DNA of 63,339 nucleotides, counting the filler, from Dugesia japonica (taxonomy: Eukaryota): assembly GCA_001938525.1 (NCBI GenBank). It is 6 parts of 6 records of this genome, joined end to end, with 100 filler letters (N's around TTAATTAATTAA, not from the genome) between each part and the next. Parts side by side here need not be neighbours in the genome. Positions count along the whole stretch, not along the records: positions 1 to 8,894 come from MQRL01496919.1; positions 8,995 to 18,106 come from MQRL01588952.1; 4 more parts are not named here. One strand, 5' to 3'. Position 1 is the stretch's first letter; every line of letters starts with the position of its first letter. The notes beneath the pieces are model-generated. The model was given only the letters and a program-made list of their open reading frames with translations. It ran no database searches and was not told the origin of the DNA. Positions 1-13,312 of this stretch are shown piece after piece. The translations under genes and the position numbers were made by a program.

Positions 1-335
1 GAAAAATTACACAAACTTTTAAAACATTGTTGAAAATTTACTAGAACTTTTTTAAAACTAGTCAAAATTTACATAAACGTTTCTAAAATCACAAAATCCT
101 ATGTAAAAGAGCTGGAAAATAATTCTAAAATTTACTAGAACTTTTGAAAAAATCATTGAAAATTTACATGAACTTTTTTAAAATTAGTCACAATTTCCAC
201 AAAAACTTTTCTACAGCTGGTTAAAATTTACAGGAACTTTTTAATCATCATTCCAAATTTACAGGAACTTTTTAATCATCATTGAAAATTACCACAAACT
301 TTTCTAAAGTTAGTTAAATTTTACATAAACTTTTC
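1..335. repeat. Degenerate ~30-bp tandem array (AAAATTTACANGAACTTTT core)
   Basis: Core recurs about every 30-32 nt from position 1 to ~335. Confidence 0.75.
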
Positions 336-879
336 TGTAATAATGACTCTAATACTGACAAGAAACTATATACAATCTACCAAATGTTCACTCAATCAAT
401 TGTTCTTTGATTGCACATTTAAATATTTTTAAAAATTAATTAGATAAATCTTCAAAGAAATTTTATTCAAAGTAAAATTATAACCAAATCAATAACTATT
501 TGAGTAACTAATTTGATTCAACGAATTTAATTTTAGAATTGTTCTTATTTATTGTAATATCCTCATTGAAAATAAAAAATTATCTTTATTTATTTAAGTA
601 TTTACTGAATGTTAAACCATAAATTGTAAAGATTTTCCCCTATATAATTGTAAAAGTTTAAATTTTTTAAAGTAGTATCAATAATAAGCAATTGTGAAAA
701 AGCTTAAATTTGCGAATCTTTGTTGTATTGCTTGGATTGGGGCTGGTCATACTGATTATTATGTTCTGTTGTGTATGCATGCTATGTTATGTAATTCTCA
801 ACACTCAGATAAAAATTTTTAAAAAACTTTAAAATTTAAACCAATTCGACTTTTATCATGAATTTTTTTAAAATTCAAC

Positions 880-1600
880 TCAAGCTGACCAAACCGGAGG
901 AAATGATCACTCAAATTCACCTAAAACTATCCCTTGTGAGTAAATACTTGACCATAACCAGACAAAAAACCGTCAAAAACTAACCACCATGAGTTTATGA
1001 TTGACCAATATTACCTAAACCGAGTAAATAATTGACCAAATTATCCAAACCCGAGAAGATAATTGACCGAATTCGCCTAACAATTATCCTTGTGAGCAAA
1101 TAATTAACCATTGCCAAGAAAACATTTGATCGAATTCATCTAAAACAAACCAAGTTTGATCAGATTCTACCTCACCGAGAAAATTTTCAACCAATTTTTT
1201 TTAAATAACCCAAAAAATTACCAATCCCGAGGAAAGATTTGACCGATTATACGTTAATCATCCAAAAAATTACCAATCCCGAAGAAATATTGGACCAAAT
1301 TTGTTTAAACCAGCCAAAAATTGACCTCATTCGACCTCACCAAGAAAACTTTCAGCCGATTTCACCTAAACCAACCAAAAATCGACCTTATTCAACCTCA
1401 CCGAGAATATTTCAACCAATTTCATCTAAACCACCCAAAAATTGACGGAATCGCCCAAAAAGTACCCCAAAATGACAAAAACCAAGGAAAAATTGGACCA
1501 AATTCAACCCAAAAATTACCAATCCAGAGGAAAAATTAGATCAATGTCATCTAAACCAGTCAAAAATTGACCTCATTCAACCTCACCGAGCAAATTTCTA
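880..1600. repeat. Degenerate ~30-bp tandem array (AAATTGACC..ATT..CCTAAAC / CCTCACCGAG units)
   Basis: Recurring motifs; ORFs 1239..1445 and 1321..1539 are internally repetitive translations of this array. Confidence 0.7.
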
Positions 1601-2779
1601 ACTAAAAAGCCTAAAGAATATTGCTTCTTAATAAGCCTAAAAAATTTTCCAAATTAAAACCACAGGAAAAAGTAGCCTCTCTTAATTCTGTTACGTAAAA
1701 TTTCCCCGATGAAATTAACCTCATGACATAATTTGTGTGCAAATAATTTTACCAACTAAAACCAAAGGAAAAAGTAGCCTCACTTACGTATTAATTTTGC
1801 GACGAAATAAATTACATTATGTAATGCACATAAGTGTGTGCCACCGCCTATTTACATTGGAAAAATACAGCCTCACTTATGTAATAATCCGATTACGTCG
1901 GGGGAAGGTTACCAAATATGTGCAGAGGCTGACAGCTACTATCCATCTTCTTTCATCTATAAAATTCAAATGATCAATTATCATTACCGGCCTTTAAACG
2001 ACAGCTAAAATTTAAGAAATGGTTTTTTAATAAGATAATTATTTTTATCCCGATTTTTTGGCCTGCAGCCTAATATTCTTTCTTCCTCGCTTTTCCAGTA
2101 CGGACCAGGGAAAATGACCACTTTTAGCGGCCGTTTTTTCTCGATCTTGTTGGTGCAAAGCTCTCGCAAGAATTTCCTTAATTGACATCATGGATATTTA
2201 ACCTTATTAGACGATAATGCCAATCGCCACTTCTAATATAACTCGTTGATATTACAACGATGGTTCAATAGAACATTAATTAATTTCAATCAATAGATAT
2301 TATAAAATTCACACAAAAAAAAATAAAAATGCATCAAGGTTTTCATGACTATGAAATATAATCTTTATAATTATTTTATTTAATGTTGCCTTAGTAAATC
2401 AAACACAAAATAATAAGACCATATTTAACTTTAAATTATTTATTCACGATTTTTGTAATAAATAATAAAATCATTATTCTTAATAATAACCATAATAATA
2501 ATCTTTAGGACAGAAAAAGAATAAAAGCTCAGTATGACTACTTTTATTTATGGATCTGACCGAGCTCCATAGTAACTCCTCATCCACATTTTTGCTCTCA
2601 TGATACTCATCGTTTGTCTATTCTCACCATTAACTTCCTGACCTTAATCCTCATACACTTTTCCATCAAATCTTTTAAACAACTGCACTCGTTCATTGTT
2701 GATGATCTTTCTCATATTGGTCCTTCCAACCTCTCATTTACTTCAACAGGATTTATCCAAAATGATTTCTCCTAATTAA

Positions 2780-3160
2780 TTTCGACTTTATTTCTCGACA
2801 TGATACGATATAATTGCGCATACATAATTATTCCCAGCGTTTATTCTCAGCATTTATTTTCTCGACTTTTCACAAAATAATTGCGCATAAGTAATTATCC
2901 TCAACATCTATTCTCAGCATTTATTTCTTGAGATTTCACAGAATATTTTCTCATTATTGATTTCGGCTTTTGTTTCTTGAGGTAACCCTAAAATAATTAC
3001 ATAAACAGTTTCAGCTTTTGTTTCTCAGATCCGCAACATTGTTTCTCATGATTAGTTTCAGCATTTATTTCTTGACATTTCACAGAACAATTTCTCATTT
3101 TTGACTTTAGCTTTTATTTCTCAATATAACACTACAATAATTGCATAAATAGTTTCAATT
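2780..3160. repeat. Degenerate repeats (TTCTCAGCATTTATTTCTTGAGA / ATAATTGCGCATA)
   Basis: Several imperfect copies visible. Confidence 0.6.
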
Positions 3161-3785
3161 CTTGTCAGCAGGACCCCGGTCATCTACAAAAAGGAATTAG
3201 CATTCAGACATAATAATGACATGATGCTTCTAATGAATAAATATTTACTTTTTCTTACTCCATCGATTTTCCGCAGATTTATAAAGTTAATACGTTTCCT
3301 TTAGTAAGAAATTCTCTCTTTGTAATACTGCACTGACAAATTTATATGTAAAACAAAATTAGGTTCAGAGTAAATTAAAAATAATGTTCAAAAAATAACT
3401 ATTGAAACAATTCTGACGTTATTTCTCTTGTACTCTTTCTTTATTTTTGTGACAATTTTCATCGGTTATTGTTGGACCAATCATAATTCGATATTTGAGA
3501 ATTTGCTAATCTGATAGACCGTTCACGTTGTGTTTGTCGATGTATTATGTAAACGAACTCTGTACACCCCCCGAAAGTATCTTACTATTCATCTGCCGTA
3601 TATCGGGTGTTCTGTAAAACTTGATTGACAGATAATTTGGATTATCCAAAGTCATGTCGTCAAGTGAATGTCCTTGTTTTTACTGTCTGGTTTTTCAATT
3701 GAATGATTATTTGAAAAACCAGAAATATCGTTTGATTTTGGTGACTGGGTCAGATTAATTGATGAAATATTAATAATATCAAACG

Positions 3786-5830
3786 CTAATTAGCGTTAGT
3801 ATTATTGGGATCCCACCTGAGTTGGGTGATAAGAAAAGATGGCTGGGGAAAAACAGCCCTCAGGGGAACCCTTTCAAGAATTTGCCCTACCGTCCCTGTG
3901 GTAGNNNNNNNNNNNNNNNNNNNNNNNNNNNNNNNNNNNNNNNNNNNNNNNNNNNNNNNNNNNNNNNNNNNNNNNNNNNNNNNNNNNNNNNNNNNNNNNN
4001 NCAAGAAAATAAATCACAACTCTGATTAAAATATTTTATTAAGAGAAAACATATTTAAAGTAAATCCAGTGCTCCTGGATCTAGCCATTGGTCGGAGTTC
4101 GTGGTTACAAAATTTAACGCAGCGATATCATCATCGTTATCCCACTGCGTTATATTGGGATTGCCAATTTGCCTTGATAAGTCCGCTTTAAAAACTCAAT
4201 TTTTCGTTGCAGCAATTGTTTATTTTCAACTTCTAACGCCTTTGTCTGAATGGCGAGGTCGTTTTGTTTCTTTACGATTAAATCTAGTTTTTTAATCAAC
4301 TGGTCTCGTTGGTCAAGGTGCTTTAATATAACTTTGTCGGCTTTACGTTTCAGATGCCTTTTAAGAAGGAGGCGACGCAGAATGCGATGGCATCTCCTAA
4401 GATTATTGGGTAAAATAATTCGTGGCACTGAATGAAAAGTATAGTTAAAATTGACAAGAATCAAATTCGGAGTTAAAGTAACAAAAAAAAATAAAATAAT
4501 TTATTTAAAAACAATTAAATAGGAGATAGGGTCTCTCAGGGGCGATTCGTCTGAGTTCCTTTGTCAATTAAGAGGTAGGGTAAAGGCATCGTGGCACGTA
4601 ACTTCACTATATTCTCGACGAGTTGGTTCTCGCGCTCTTGGTAGGCTTTAATCATTGTGGCGAAAGCTTTGACTTGGGCTTTCCATACCCGCTCTTGATT
4701 TTGGGTGTCGTCCATTTCTGCCTTAAACATCAGGCATTTCGGCTTATAGTGCTTTACTTTAGCTTCGGCGGTTGCGGTTTCTGCCTCCCACCGTCTCTTT
4801 GCTAGTTTATAGAGATCCCTGGTCATTTCCTTGTCGTCAATATCGTCCCGTACTTTCTTATTCGGGGCCTGGAACCGGTTTAAAGAAGAATGCACTAAAA
4901 TAAAAGCATATTTAAGAGATTGCACTTTGTCGATACTGACTAAGACGAGAAACATAAGATTAATATGATCACCCATATTATTAAATGAAAACTACTAAGG
5001 TTCCGCTAATTAACTTTCACTTTATAAAACAAAATAAATCTTAATATTCAATCATTTTCACCAGAACGCTGATTCACAGGAAAAGTTAGGAGTAACTAAA
5101 CATGAAACACAGATTTATTTCTAAACAAAAACAAAGCTTAGGATTGATTAGTATTATTGTCAGTGTTGGGGGCGGTATTCTCTAAGTCAGCTACCCCATT
5201 TGGTTCTCGGACACCCCAGTGAAGATTAGCGATGAACGCTTGTATCGCAGGGGCGGGGGAGGGATGGTCGGTTGATAAGAGACGGAGGTTACTAGCGTGC
5301 GATCCGGGCCGGTCCATGCACGGTCTCTCTGTCGTTCTACAAAATCGTTGATGCGCCACACAATCGATTCAACCGGGGGTAAATTCGATCGATCAACTAA
5401 GATTTCGGCGTCTCGCTGATGGGGATTATGATACCTCTGTAGAATTAGCCGTCGGGTCCTCCTATCTACGACGCGGATCCAAACAGATTCCATTTCTTAT
5501 AGCAAAATAATTCTAATAAAATTTAACTTATACCAAATTATGGTATAATAGAGAACAACACAAAACAAACAGGTGTTCAAAATTTTATTTTCTGTGAATT
5601 CTTAGAGGCATATCTACCAATAACGTCAAGAGAAGAATCACTCCTCGACTAAATCTACTTTTGAGTCCATGGGGAACATTTCGGCAAAACAGCACAAATC
5701 TGTTTCGTCCGGATGTTCTATCTTTCCATGGGTTATCAAGTGCGCTAGTAATTGTTTATTACGAACGTTTTGTCTCCGTTTCAAGATCTTCTACAGAATC
5801 TTATATAATTCGGCAGGCATGAGCTAAATA
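3786..5830 (-). other. Cluster of short, co-oriented, relatively GC-rich ORFs of unknown function (4150..4464, 4536..4976, 5191..5493, 5638..5820), partly degenerate
   Basis: GC-richer coding-like blocks separated by AT-rich spacers containing AATAAA and AG acceptors; two ORFs are coiled-coil-like; no family recognised. Confidence 0.4.
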
Positions 5831-5939
5831 CAAGAATAATATAACTTCCGAACATGATTCGTGTTTCATTTTCTTATGAAAAATCGGTTCAACGTTATTT
5901 TCGAGTGACACTATTAGTAAAAATAACAGTAATACCAGT

Positions 5940-6345
5940 TAACACCTGGATATTAATATTGATGCTTAGAATAGTTTGGACGGGGATGGTAGTAGCTCTA
6001 GAGGTGATAATACCCATGGTGAATTAGTAATAATGAAAATCATAACACTAAAAGCTATAATAACCTTCAGGAAAATAATAGTAATGATGATAATCATAAT
6101 GACGTTGATAATACTAATGATATTAATCATACTATAATAATAACAATGACAGTGAGAATAATAATAATAATAAGAAGAAGAAGAAGAGTAATAACAACGA
6201 GAATAATAATGCTACTAAGTATACTAGTAATAAGAATAGTGATAAGATAACTAATAATGAGACTAATAATAATAATAATAATAACGATAATCATTATAAA
6301 CAACAATATTCACAAAAGCAATGATGATAATAATAATAATCGTAA
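5940..6345. repeat. Degenerate (AAT)n-derived low-complexity tract
   Basis: AAT/AAC/GAT/AGT triplet runs. Confidence 0.75.
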
Positions 6346-8894
6346 TTTTAGAAAAAGTTTTTTCCTTTGAATTGTTGCGAGTCACCGTTGCTTGGTGATT
6401 TACCCACTTTTGGTAACGGTTAAAAAACGGACTTATCAATTCATGTGCATATAGAATGTTGTGTCCGGACTACGACTCATTTCCAGAGGGTGTGTGCTAG
6501 GCTTTCCTATCATATCAGTTCTTGACTGCATTATATCTGATGGGATGTCTGTATTTTTAGCGAGACACACATAGTTTCATTGAGTGAATTTAGGCATTAC
6601 AGTTTATTATATGCAATTCTACCGTTCGATATTTATGGAATCTAGCTATTATTTAGTTATTGTGGACTTTCCGATTCAACTTTCTCGCGAGCGGATTTAT
6701 TAATGGAATTCACGAAATTGGTAACTATACCCATGGATTTTAATCAACCGGCAACTTTGGAATTAATTATCATTCATTTGAACGAAGGAATTATAATCAG
6801 AATTTTTATGATTGCGAGCATAATGTCATTTAATCCGAATAACATAGCTGAGTGGTCTACTGGATTGTGGGTTAGTTTATAATTCAAAACTGATCGCTGG
6901 ATACTGATTCCATTTTGGCTTTTAAATTTCAAGATTTTATGTTTCTAACTCAATAAAATTTAGTTCGTTCAAATTTTACTTTTTACAAAAACGAAGATGC
7001 ATTTTTTAAGCAGGAGTTACCTTTATTTTTTTCTTTAAAAATAATATTCTTCTTTTTATTTATTAAATAATTAATGTTATGAATTCATAAGTTCATCAAT
7101 GAAAAAATCTAGCCCAGCTACATTTATAATGATAACTAATAATCATTTTTCCATATAATAACATATTGATACAAATGAAATAATACTTTACTTTATGATA
7201 TTGAACCAAAGTTTTCTGCAACAGGTTAATTGATAACAAGTGGACTGTTTGGATTATGGGTTCTAGTATCCTGTTCTTTTCCTTCTTTCTTATTTTCCGA
7301 TATCGAGCGATATAGCTGATGTGCGTTAATCTCGTAGTATAAATAATTTTCTTGTTAATTCTTGGACTTGGATAAATCACAATCGATTTCTTTTTACGGA
7401 GTTCTTGCGTATATAAATATACGAAAATATGTTGTTTTTTTAAGCTGATTTTTCTACCAAAACTTGGGCTTTTTTATACAATTTTCTGATGCAACTCGGC
7501 ATCATTCTTATTGGGGGGTATTTTTATTTTCAAATACCAGTGTCTTATTGGTGCTGGTGCCATGATTCCAAAATTCTTAGAGTTTTAGAACTCTGATTGG
7601 TAGGTATTTTTAGAGAGCCATGTGATGGCTTTTTCTTTGTATTATTTTTATTTTTAGGCCTCCTATTGGTCCGATCTTGTGGACCCTGTAGCAACCCTCT
7701 AGACGATGGTAAGTTTTCCTTAATGATAAATCTAATTGAATCTTGCTGTTTTCTTCTTGAATTTTTTTCACCGGATTCTCTCCGACTTTCCTGACCGGAA
7801 TTATTCACCGAAAACAGATTTTATTTCAATTTTAATTAATTTTCTGGTTAAATTAATTATTATTTCTTTGCATTTATTTCTTCATTTGATTTTTCTTTTC
7901 TTTAATAATTCTAATAATTTTGTGCTTTCTATAATTAATCACATTGAGTTTGATCCTTTAAGTTTCCTTTTTAAGATCAGTGACTGGTTTTTTCATTCTG
8001 GCTTCTTCACCGGTTCTTTAATTTGATACTGTTCATTCGTGATTCCTTTTAACCTGGATTACCGCTTCTCGGGGTGTTTCGTCCCACAAGTATAATAAAG
8101 ATAATGGGTTGTAGAGACACTTCTAATATATTATTATAGTATATTATATTATTTAACTTATTATTTCCTGCTTGTACATTCCAAAGTCATTCCTATACCT
8201 CCAAATTTTGGTTCTTTACGCCTAATTATCATTTCTCTCGATTTCTATAATAATTGCATAATAATAATAATACTAATTACGTAATAATAATGATAATAGA
8301 TAGTCAAATTTCTAGCCCGGCACTAATTTTTCTTATTTTTCTGCTCGTTTTCATGCTGATTTTTATATTATTTCGAGACTCTACAATTCCTTTTTACTTA
8401 AATTAGGCGTTCTAGCCCATCAATTTTAATTTTGACTAATAATATTTTTACCTACGCTCTATAGTCCTGAAAATACTGTACTTTAATATTACAATTATAA
8501 CAATAGTATAGCAGTATATAGGTTAAATTCCTATTTAAACAATTAAGTTTTATTTTTGTTATTTCTAATTATTACGATTAGATCTTTTGTTGAAATCAAT
8601 CCAGGTGTAATTTTTATTAACTTTAAAAAAATAATTTTAACAAATTCATTCGTTTACTTGAATTTAAAAAATTAATTTTTCATAAATTGAATATTAATCA
8701 GTACATAAGTGGTAGTAATCTTTTGAAACTTTTGGGTCACACGAAATGTAATAGGAGACATAAAGATCTAAAACTTATGTTGGACTAATATACGGTTCAT
8801 GGATTGGATATACCTTCAAACTGTAATAGCTGGGAAAATAAAAATATAAAAATTGAAATTCCAAAAGCTCAAAATAAATTAAAACATATCAATT

Positions 8895-8994
8895 NNNNNN
8901 NNNNNNNNNNNNNNNNNNNNNNNNNNNNNNNNNNNNNNTTAATTAATTAANNNNNNNNNNNNNNNNNNNNNNNNNNNNNNNNNNNNNNNNNNNN
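8895..8994. other. Artificial 100-bp contig spacer
   Basis: 44 N + TTAATTAATTAA (8939-8950) + 44 N. Confidence 0.95.
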
Positions 8995-9697
8995 TTTATT
9001 GAATTTGTAGTATTATTCAATAGAGTGTATGAATTATTGAACTTAAGTATAATTAGTTGATTGTATATAAATTAATGAAAATATGTATGACCAATTAAGT
9101 TGAGTATATCTCTTATTAATAATTGGATATGATCGTGTATATTGTTATATAATTTAATAAAGTCTCTATAATCCTTATTAAATTGATTTATATTTTAGTG
9201 AAATTTCTTTATTTGTACAAAAGTCTTGTGTAAATAAAAGGAATTTGTATATAATTAATAATGGAACATTTAGCGAATTCTGAGATATGTATAATAGTAT
9301 GAATAATAATAAAAATATGAATAATAATAATAATATTAATAATAATATGAATAAAATATACTCTAAAAATTCGATGGTTGATAGGTGGATATTCTTTCGA
9401 AAATGCAAGTGTGCAAAGTACCAATGAAATTTACAAATTCAAAATTTTAAAATTAATATGGCAATCGGAATCTAAAGAAATATTTCATCTCAGTAATGAG
9501 TAAGTTAATTTCGCTTTGATAATTTTAAGCAATATTTTAGATTGTGAAATTTATGATTTTACGATTCCAAGTTGCATTTAAGAACGTACTAAATTTTTCA
9601 ACACTTTAGTTTGAGTTTATAATTTTATGCGGAAGTAAATTTAAGTCAATTACATACTTTAATCATCTAAAAATGAGTGAAATTNCCCCCATTAAAT

Positions 9698-9894
9698 TAA
9701 CGGATAACTCNTAATAGTATGACTATTTTTTTTCAATAATCANACTAATAAATAGTATGACCATTGTTATAATAATATTTTTAATTTATTNTCAATCCAA
9801 ATAGTACGACCAAATTTAATGAGAATTCAAAAAATAACTATTTTTGGTCATACTATTNAATAGTACGAGTCATACTATTTTCAGTTATCCGTTA
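9698..9894. mobile_element. ~195-bp MITE with TIRs and TA flanks
   Basis: Left TAACGGATAACT..AATAGTATGACT; right AGTCATACTATTTTCAGTTATCCGTTA is its reverse complement; internal AATAGTAYGAC repeats. Confidence 0.75.
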
Positions 9895-10463
9895 TATTTA
9901 GGGTATAAACTTCAAACTAGTTTTAGATTTTGCGCAGTGACTTTGAACGATAATTCCATATTGTTGATTATATTTAGTTATATGTAGGGTTTAGTAAGTC
10001 GATGCTTTAATCAATTTTGAACCATTGTGTCGATACTATTTAGTTTTTCTTCTGACTAAAAGATTGTATATTCATGAATTCAGAATAAAATTGATGTAAT
10101 ACAATTTCNNNNNNNNNNNNNNNNNNNNNNNNNNNNNNNNNNNNNNNNNNNNNNNNNNNNNNNNNNNNNNNNNNNNNNNNNNNNNNNNNGGAATGAGCCT
10201 AAGATTTAAGGAAAGTAAATTTTAGGATAATCATAAATCTCGTCCGACGTCATATAGTCATTCATTGAACTAATTAATAGGCTCTTATGTTTTGTTTAAT
10301 TCCATGTATTCAATTTCTAGCTATGCAACTGTTTATGTTTTATTTAATTTCAGTTATGTCCTTTCATGCAATGTAGTTAGTTATTTAAGATTTAATGGTG
10401 TGTGTTTATTTTAATCTAGATATTTTATTGTTAGGTTTTAATTAGTTCGAATCTTAAATTATC

Positions 10464-11398
10464 TGTTTTACTTTTTAATTTTCGTGTCAGATTTGAATTT
10501 TATATCCATTGAGTTATTTTATTTGATAAATTTCGGTAGATTTTAAATTGTTTAGATTCCCAATTTAGCCATTATATTTAAAATTTTGTTTGTTAAGATG
10601 AAATTTTTTGGTATCATTTTTGTAATTGAATGATTAAAAATTTAGAAATAAATGCAAAAAATTGAGACTGTCAAACAATTTGATAGTGGTGCACAACCAT
10701 ATGCTAGACTGCTGCAAAGCTTTATTGCGTTTATCAATTTGTTGAAGTAAATCTTTCCAAATTACACACATTAGCTAGTTTGTTTATGGTCTAAATGTTT
10801 TATTAACTGTTTTGCTTCCTAGACAGCTGGTGGTAGTTGGAGTTCGCTTTTAGCAATATCAGACAGAGCTAGATGAATCTCCAAATAGTTTGAAAGCTTT
10901 TATANNNNNNNNNNNNNNNNNNNNNNNNNNNNNNNNNNNNNNNNNNNNNNNNNNTCTGTTTTACTTTTTAATTTTCGTGTCAGATTTGAATTTTATATCC
11001 ATTGAGTTATTTTATTTGATAAATTTCGTTAGATTTTAAATTGTTTAGATTCCCAATTTAGCCATTATATTTAAAATTTTGTTTGTTAAGATAAAATTTT
11101 TTGGTACCATTTTTGTAATTGAATGATTAAAAATTTAGAAATAAATGCAAAAAATTGAGACTGTCAAACAATTTGATGGTGGTGCACAACCATATGCTAG
11201 ACTGCTGCAAAGCTTTATTGNNNNNNNNNNNNNNNNNNNNNNNNNNNNNNNNNNNNNNNNNNNNNNNNNNNNNNNNNNNNNNNNNNNNNNNNNNNNNNNN
11301 NNNNNNNNNNNNNNNNNNNNNNNNTGGTAGTTGGAGTTCGCTTTTAGCAATATCAGACAGAGCTAGATGAATCTCCAAATAGTTTGAAAGCTTTTATA
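10464..11398. repeat. Near-identical ~440-bp duplication (10464-10904 vs 10955-11398) across an N gap
   Basis: Direct comparison shows only a few substitutions; probably an overlap or haplotype artefact. Confidence 0.8.
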
Positions 11399-11560
11399 GC
11401 ATCACTACGTGTTGACCATAACAGACTTTGTCGCACAGAAGCGTTTGCTTTATCCTTAATTCGTTCTTTAAAATTTGGCCATCTCTGCGGTGAAGCCGTC
11501 AAGATTTGTATACAATGACTGAACAATACGCATTCCCATAGCAAAAAAGCGCCCACCACC
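10640..11560 (-). pseudogene. hAT transposase fragment (ZMYM1-like)
   Basis: ASPQRW...WSTRSDAIKA...EAKQLIKHL...NKALQQSSIWL matches the hAT 'S..RW / TRWS.R.DA / NK.LQ' region; frameshifted and partly duplicated. Confidence 0.75.
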
Positions 11561-13089
11561 TCGTGTTTTACAATTACGATGTATACGCTGTGTCGGAATT
11601 ATATGATAGATTTGATTACAAGTCAAACTGATTCAGCAACGACCATCACGATGGAGGATGCTTTTTACAAGAGGATTAGAATAAATGTCGAACATATCGT
11701 TATTGCATACAATAATAAAGATATGAATGCTAAATTTTAGTTTTAAGTTGAAAGTCTAGGTTAAAGGACGTTTAAGCCAAATTGATCCAAATTAGATCTT
11801 TCAAACAATAAAAATGGGTAACCACGAGGACCAGTTGTATCTTGGAAAAGAGAGTGGCACAAGTCATGCGGCTTCTAGACATTTAGAAAAGCTGAAGGAA
11901 GAAAATTTAAACCAAAATAGTTCAATAAGAGAAACGCCAAAAGTTTAACATAAAATATTTAAAGCCTAGACACCCAACAANNNNNNNNNNNNNNNNNNNN
12001 NNNNNNNNNNNNNNNNNNNNNNNNNNNNNNNNNNNNNNNNNNNNNNNNNNNNNNNNNNNNNNNNNNNNNNNNTGATTTTATAGGATCTTAATTACCAGCA
12101 ATAACTTCAGTCTTGCTAATATTTGTAGACTTTTCCTCATGGAAATACTCATTTACAGAATTACAATTTAAATGTGCACTAGAAAGTACATCATTTGAAT
12201 TATTACATCACCTCATTTATTACTTGGTAAAACATCATTTTATAGTTATTATTAACCATAATATACGTAATCTGCATATCAGCTTCTTCACTGATCATTA
12301 TATCGCACGAGATAGAATAGAATAGATAGAAGAGAATTNNNNNNNNNNNNNNNNNNNNNNNNNNNNNNNNNNNNNNNNNNNNNNNNNNNNNNNNNNNNNN
12401 NNNNNNNACGAAGATTATTCTCGAAAGGTTTTTCTGACTCATCAAATCTATAATAAATGGGGTACGCTGTAAAGGTGATCATTTGTGTAACTTTTGCAAT
12501 ATAAAAGAAAAAAGACCTAAACTAACATCAAAAAATACTATACATTCAATTTTCTTTTTCAAATTTCTTTCAAATTATCAAAGTTTTTCTAAAATTAAAT
12601 TGTTGAGTTGTCTATGGAATTTGGCAAAGGCAAATCAACAAATTCGTGAGTTTATTTTTTTAGAAAATATTGAAATCCAATAGTAGTACTTTATGCGTGC
12701 CTCGTCCTTAATATGATTATTATAGATAAAATAGTATGATATAAATATGCTATAAATGTCCTTGTGTATATTAAAAAGAATTTTTACTTTTCAAAATTTT
12801 TCTTTTACTTTACAAAAACAATAAAAGCGTTTCAGTTTACAAGCGTGTTTTTATTTTTATCTTAGAATCTGCAGCTGAAGAAGCTTTAGATCTTCTTTTA
12901 AGATTTTTAAGGTTGTCGAAAATGAGATTGTAGTCTCTATTTATACTATTTATACTAGACATGCAAATCGTAAATATTTACAAAATTTTTCCATTGCGAT
13001 TTATTAAAACTATAAATATTTATAAAAATATTTAAAAAAATTTTCTATTTTTACAAAATTATCTTTTTTCATTGATCGATAGTTATATA

Positions 13090-13312
13090 ATTACAATTAT
13101 GGTGAGAATAATTGTTGGACTTAACCATTGATCAGATTTGAGATTTCATTAAAATAAGATAAAGCTTCGATCAAAACAAAATTTATTTGTAAAATGTTCA
13201 NATTTTCGACAATAGTCTTCCTGAAGAAGATATTGAAGAAGAAGATTATTGTCGAAAATTTGAACATTTTACAAATAAATTTTGTTTTGATCGAAGCTTT
13301 ATCTTGTTTTAA
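13090..13312 (+). mobile_element. Penelope-like element terminal repeat forming a 72-bp-arm hairpin with a degenerate minimal hammerhead
   Basis: Arms 13149-13220 / 13241-13312; CTGAAGA at 13221 and GTC-GAAA-AT-TT-GAAC at 13251-13265; same repeat family at 27371, 48449 and 51720. Confidence 0.6.

Noticed and set aside
5940-6345. Multi-TM (minus) or poly-Asn (plus) protein
   Set aside because: Composition is explained by the AAT-derived repeat; frames are interrupted by stops.
8070-8095. GGACGAAAC (minus strand) as a hammerhead core; also at ~5702 (minus) and 47881 (plus)
   Set aside because: No CTGANGA or stem II partner upstream in any case.
9178-9424. Hydrophobic ORFs (also 62655..62864 and 7736..8026)
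   Set aside because: Translations of AT-rich low-complexity DNA.
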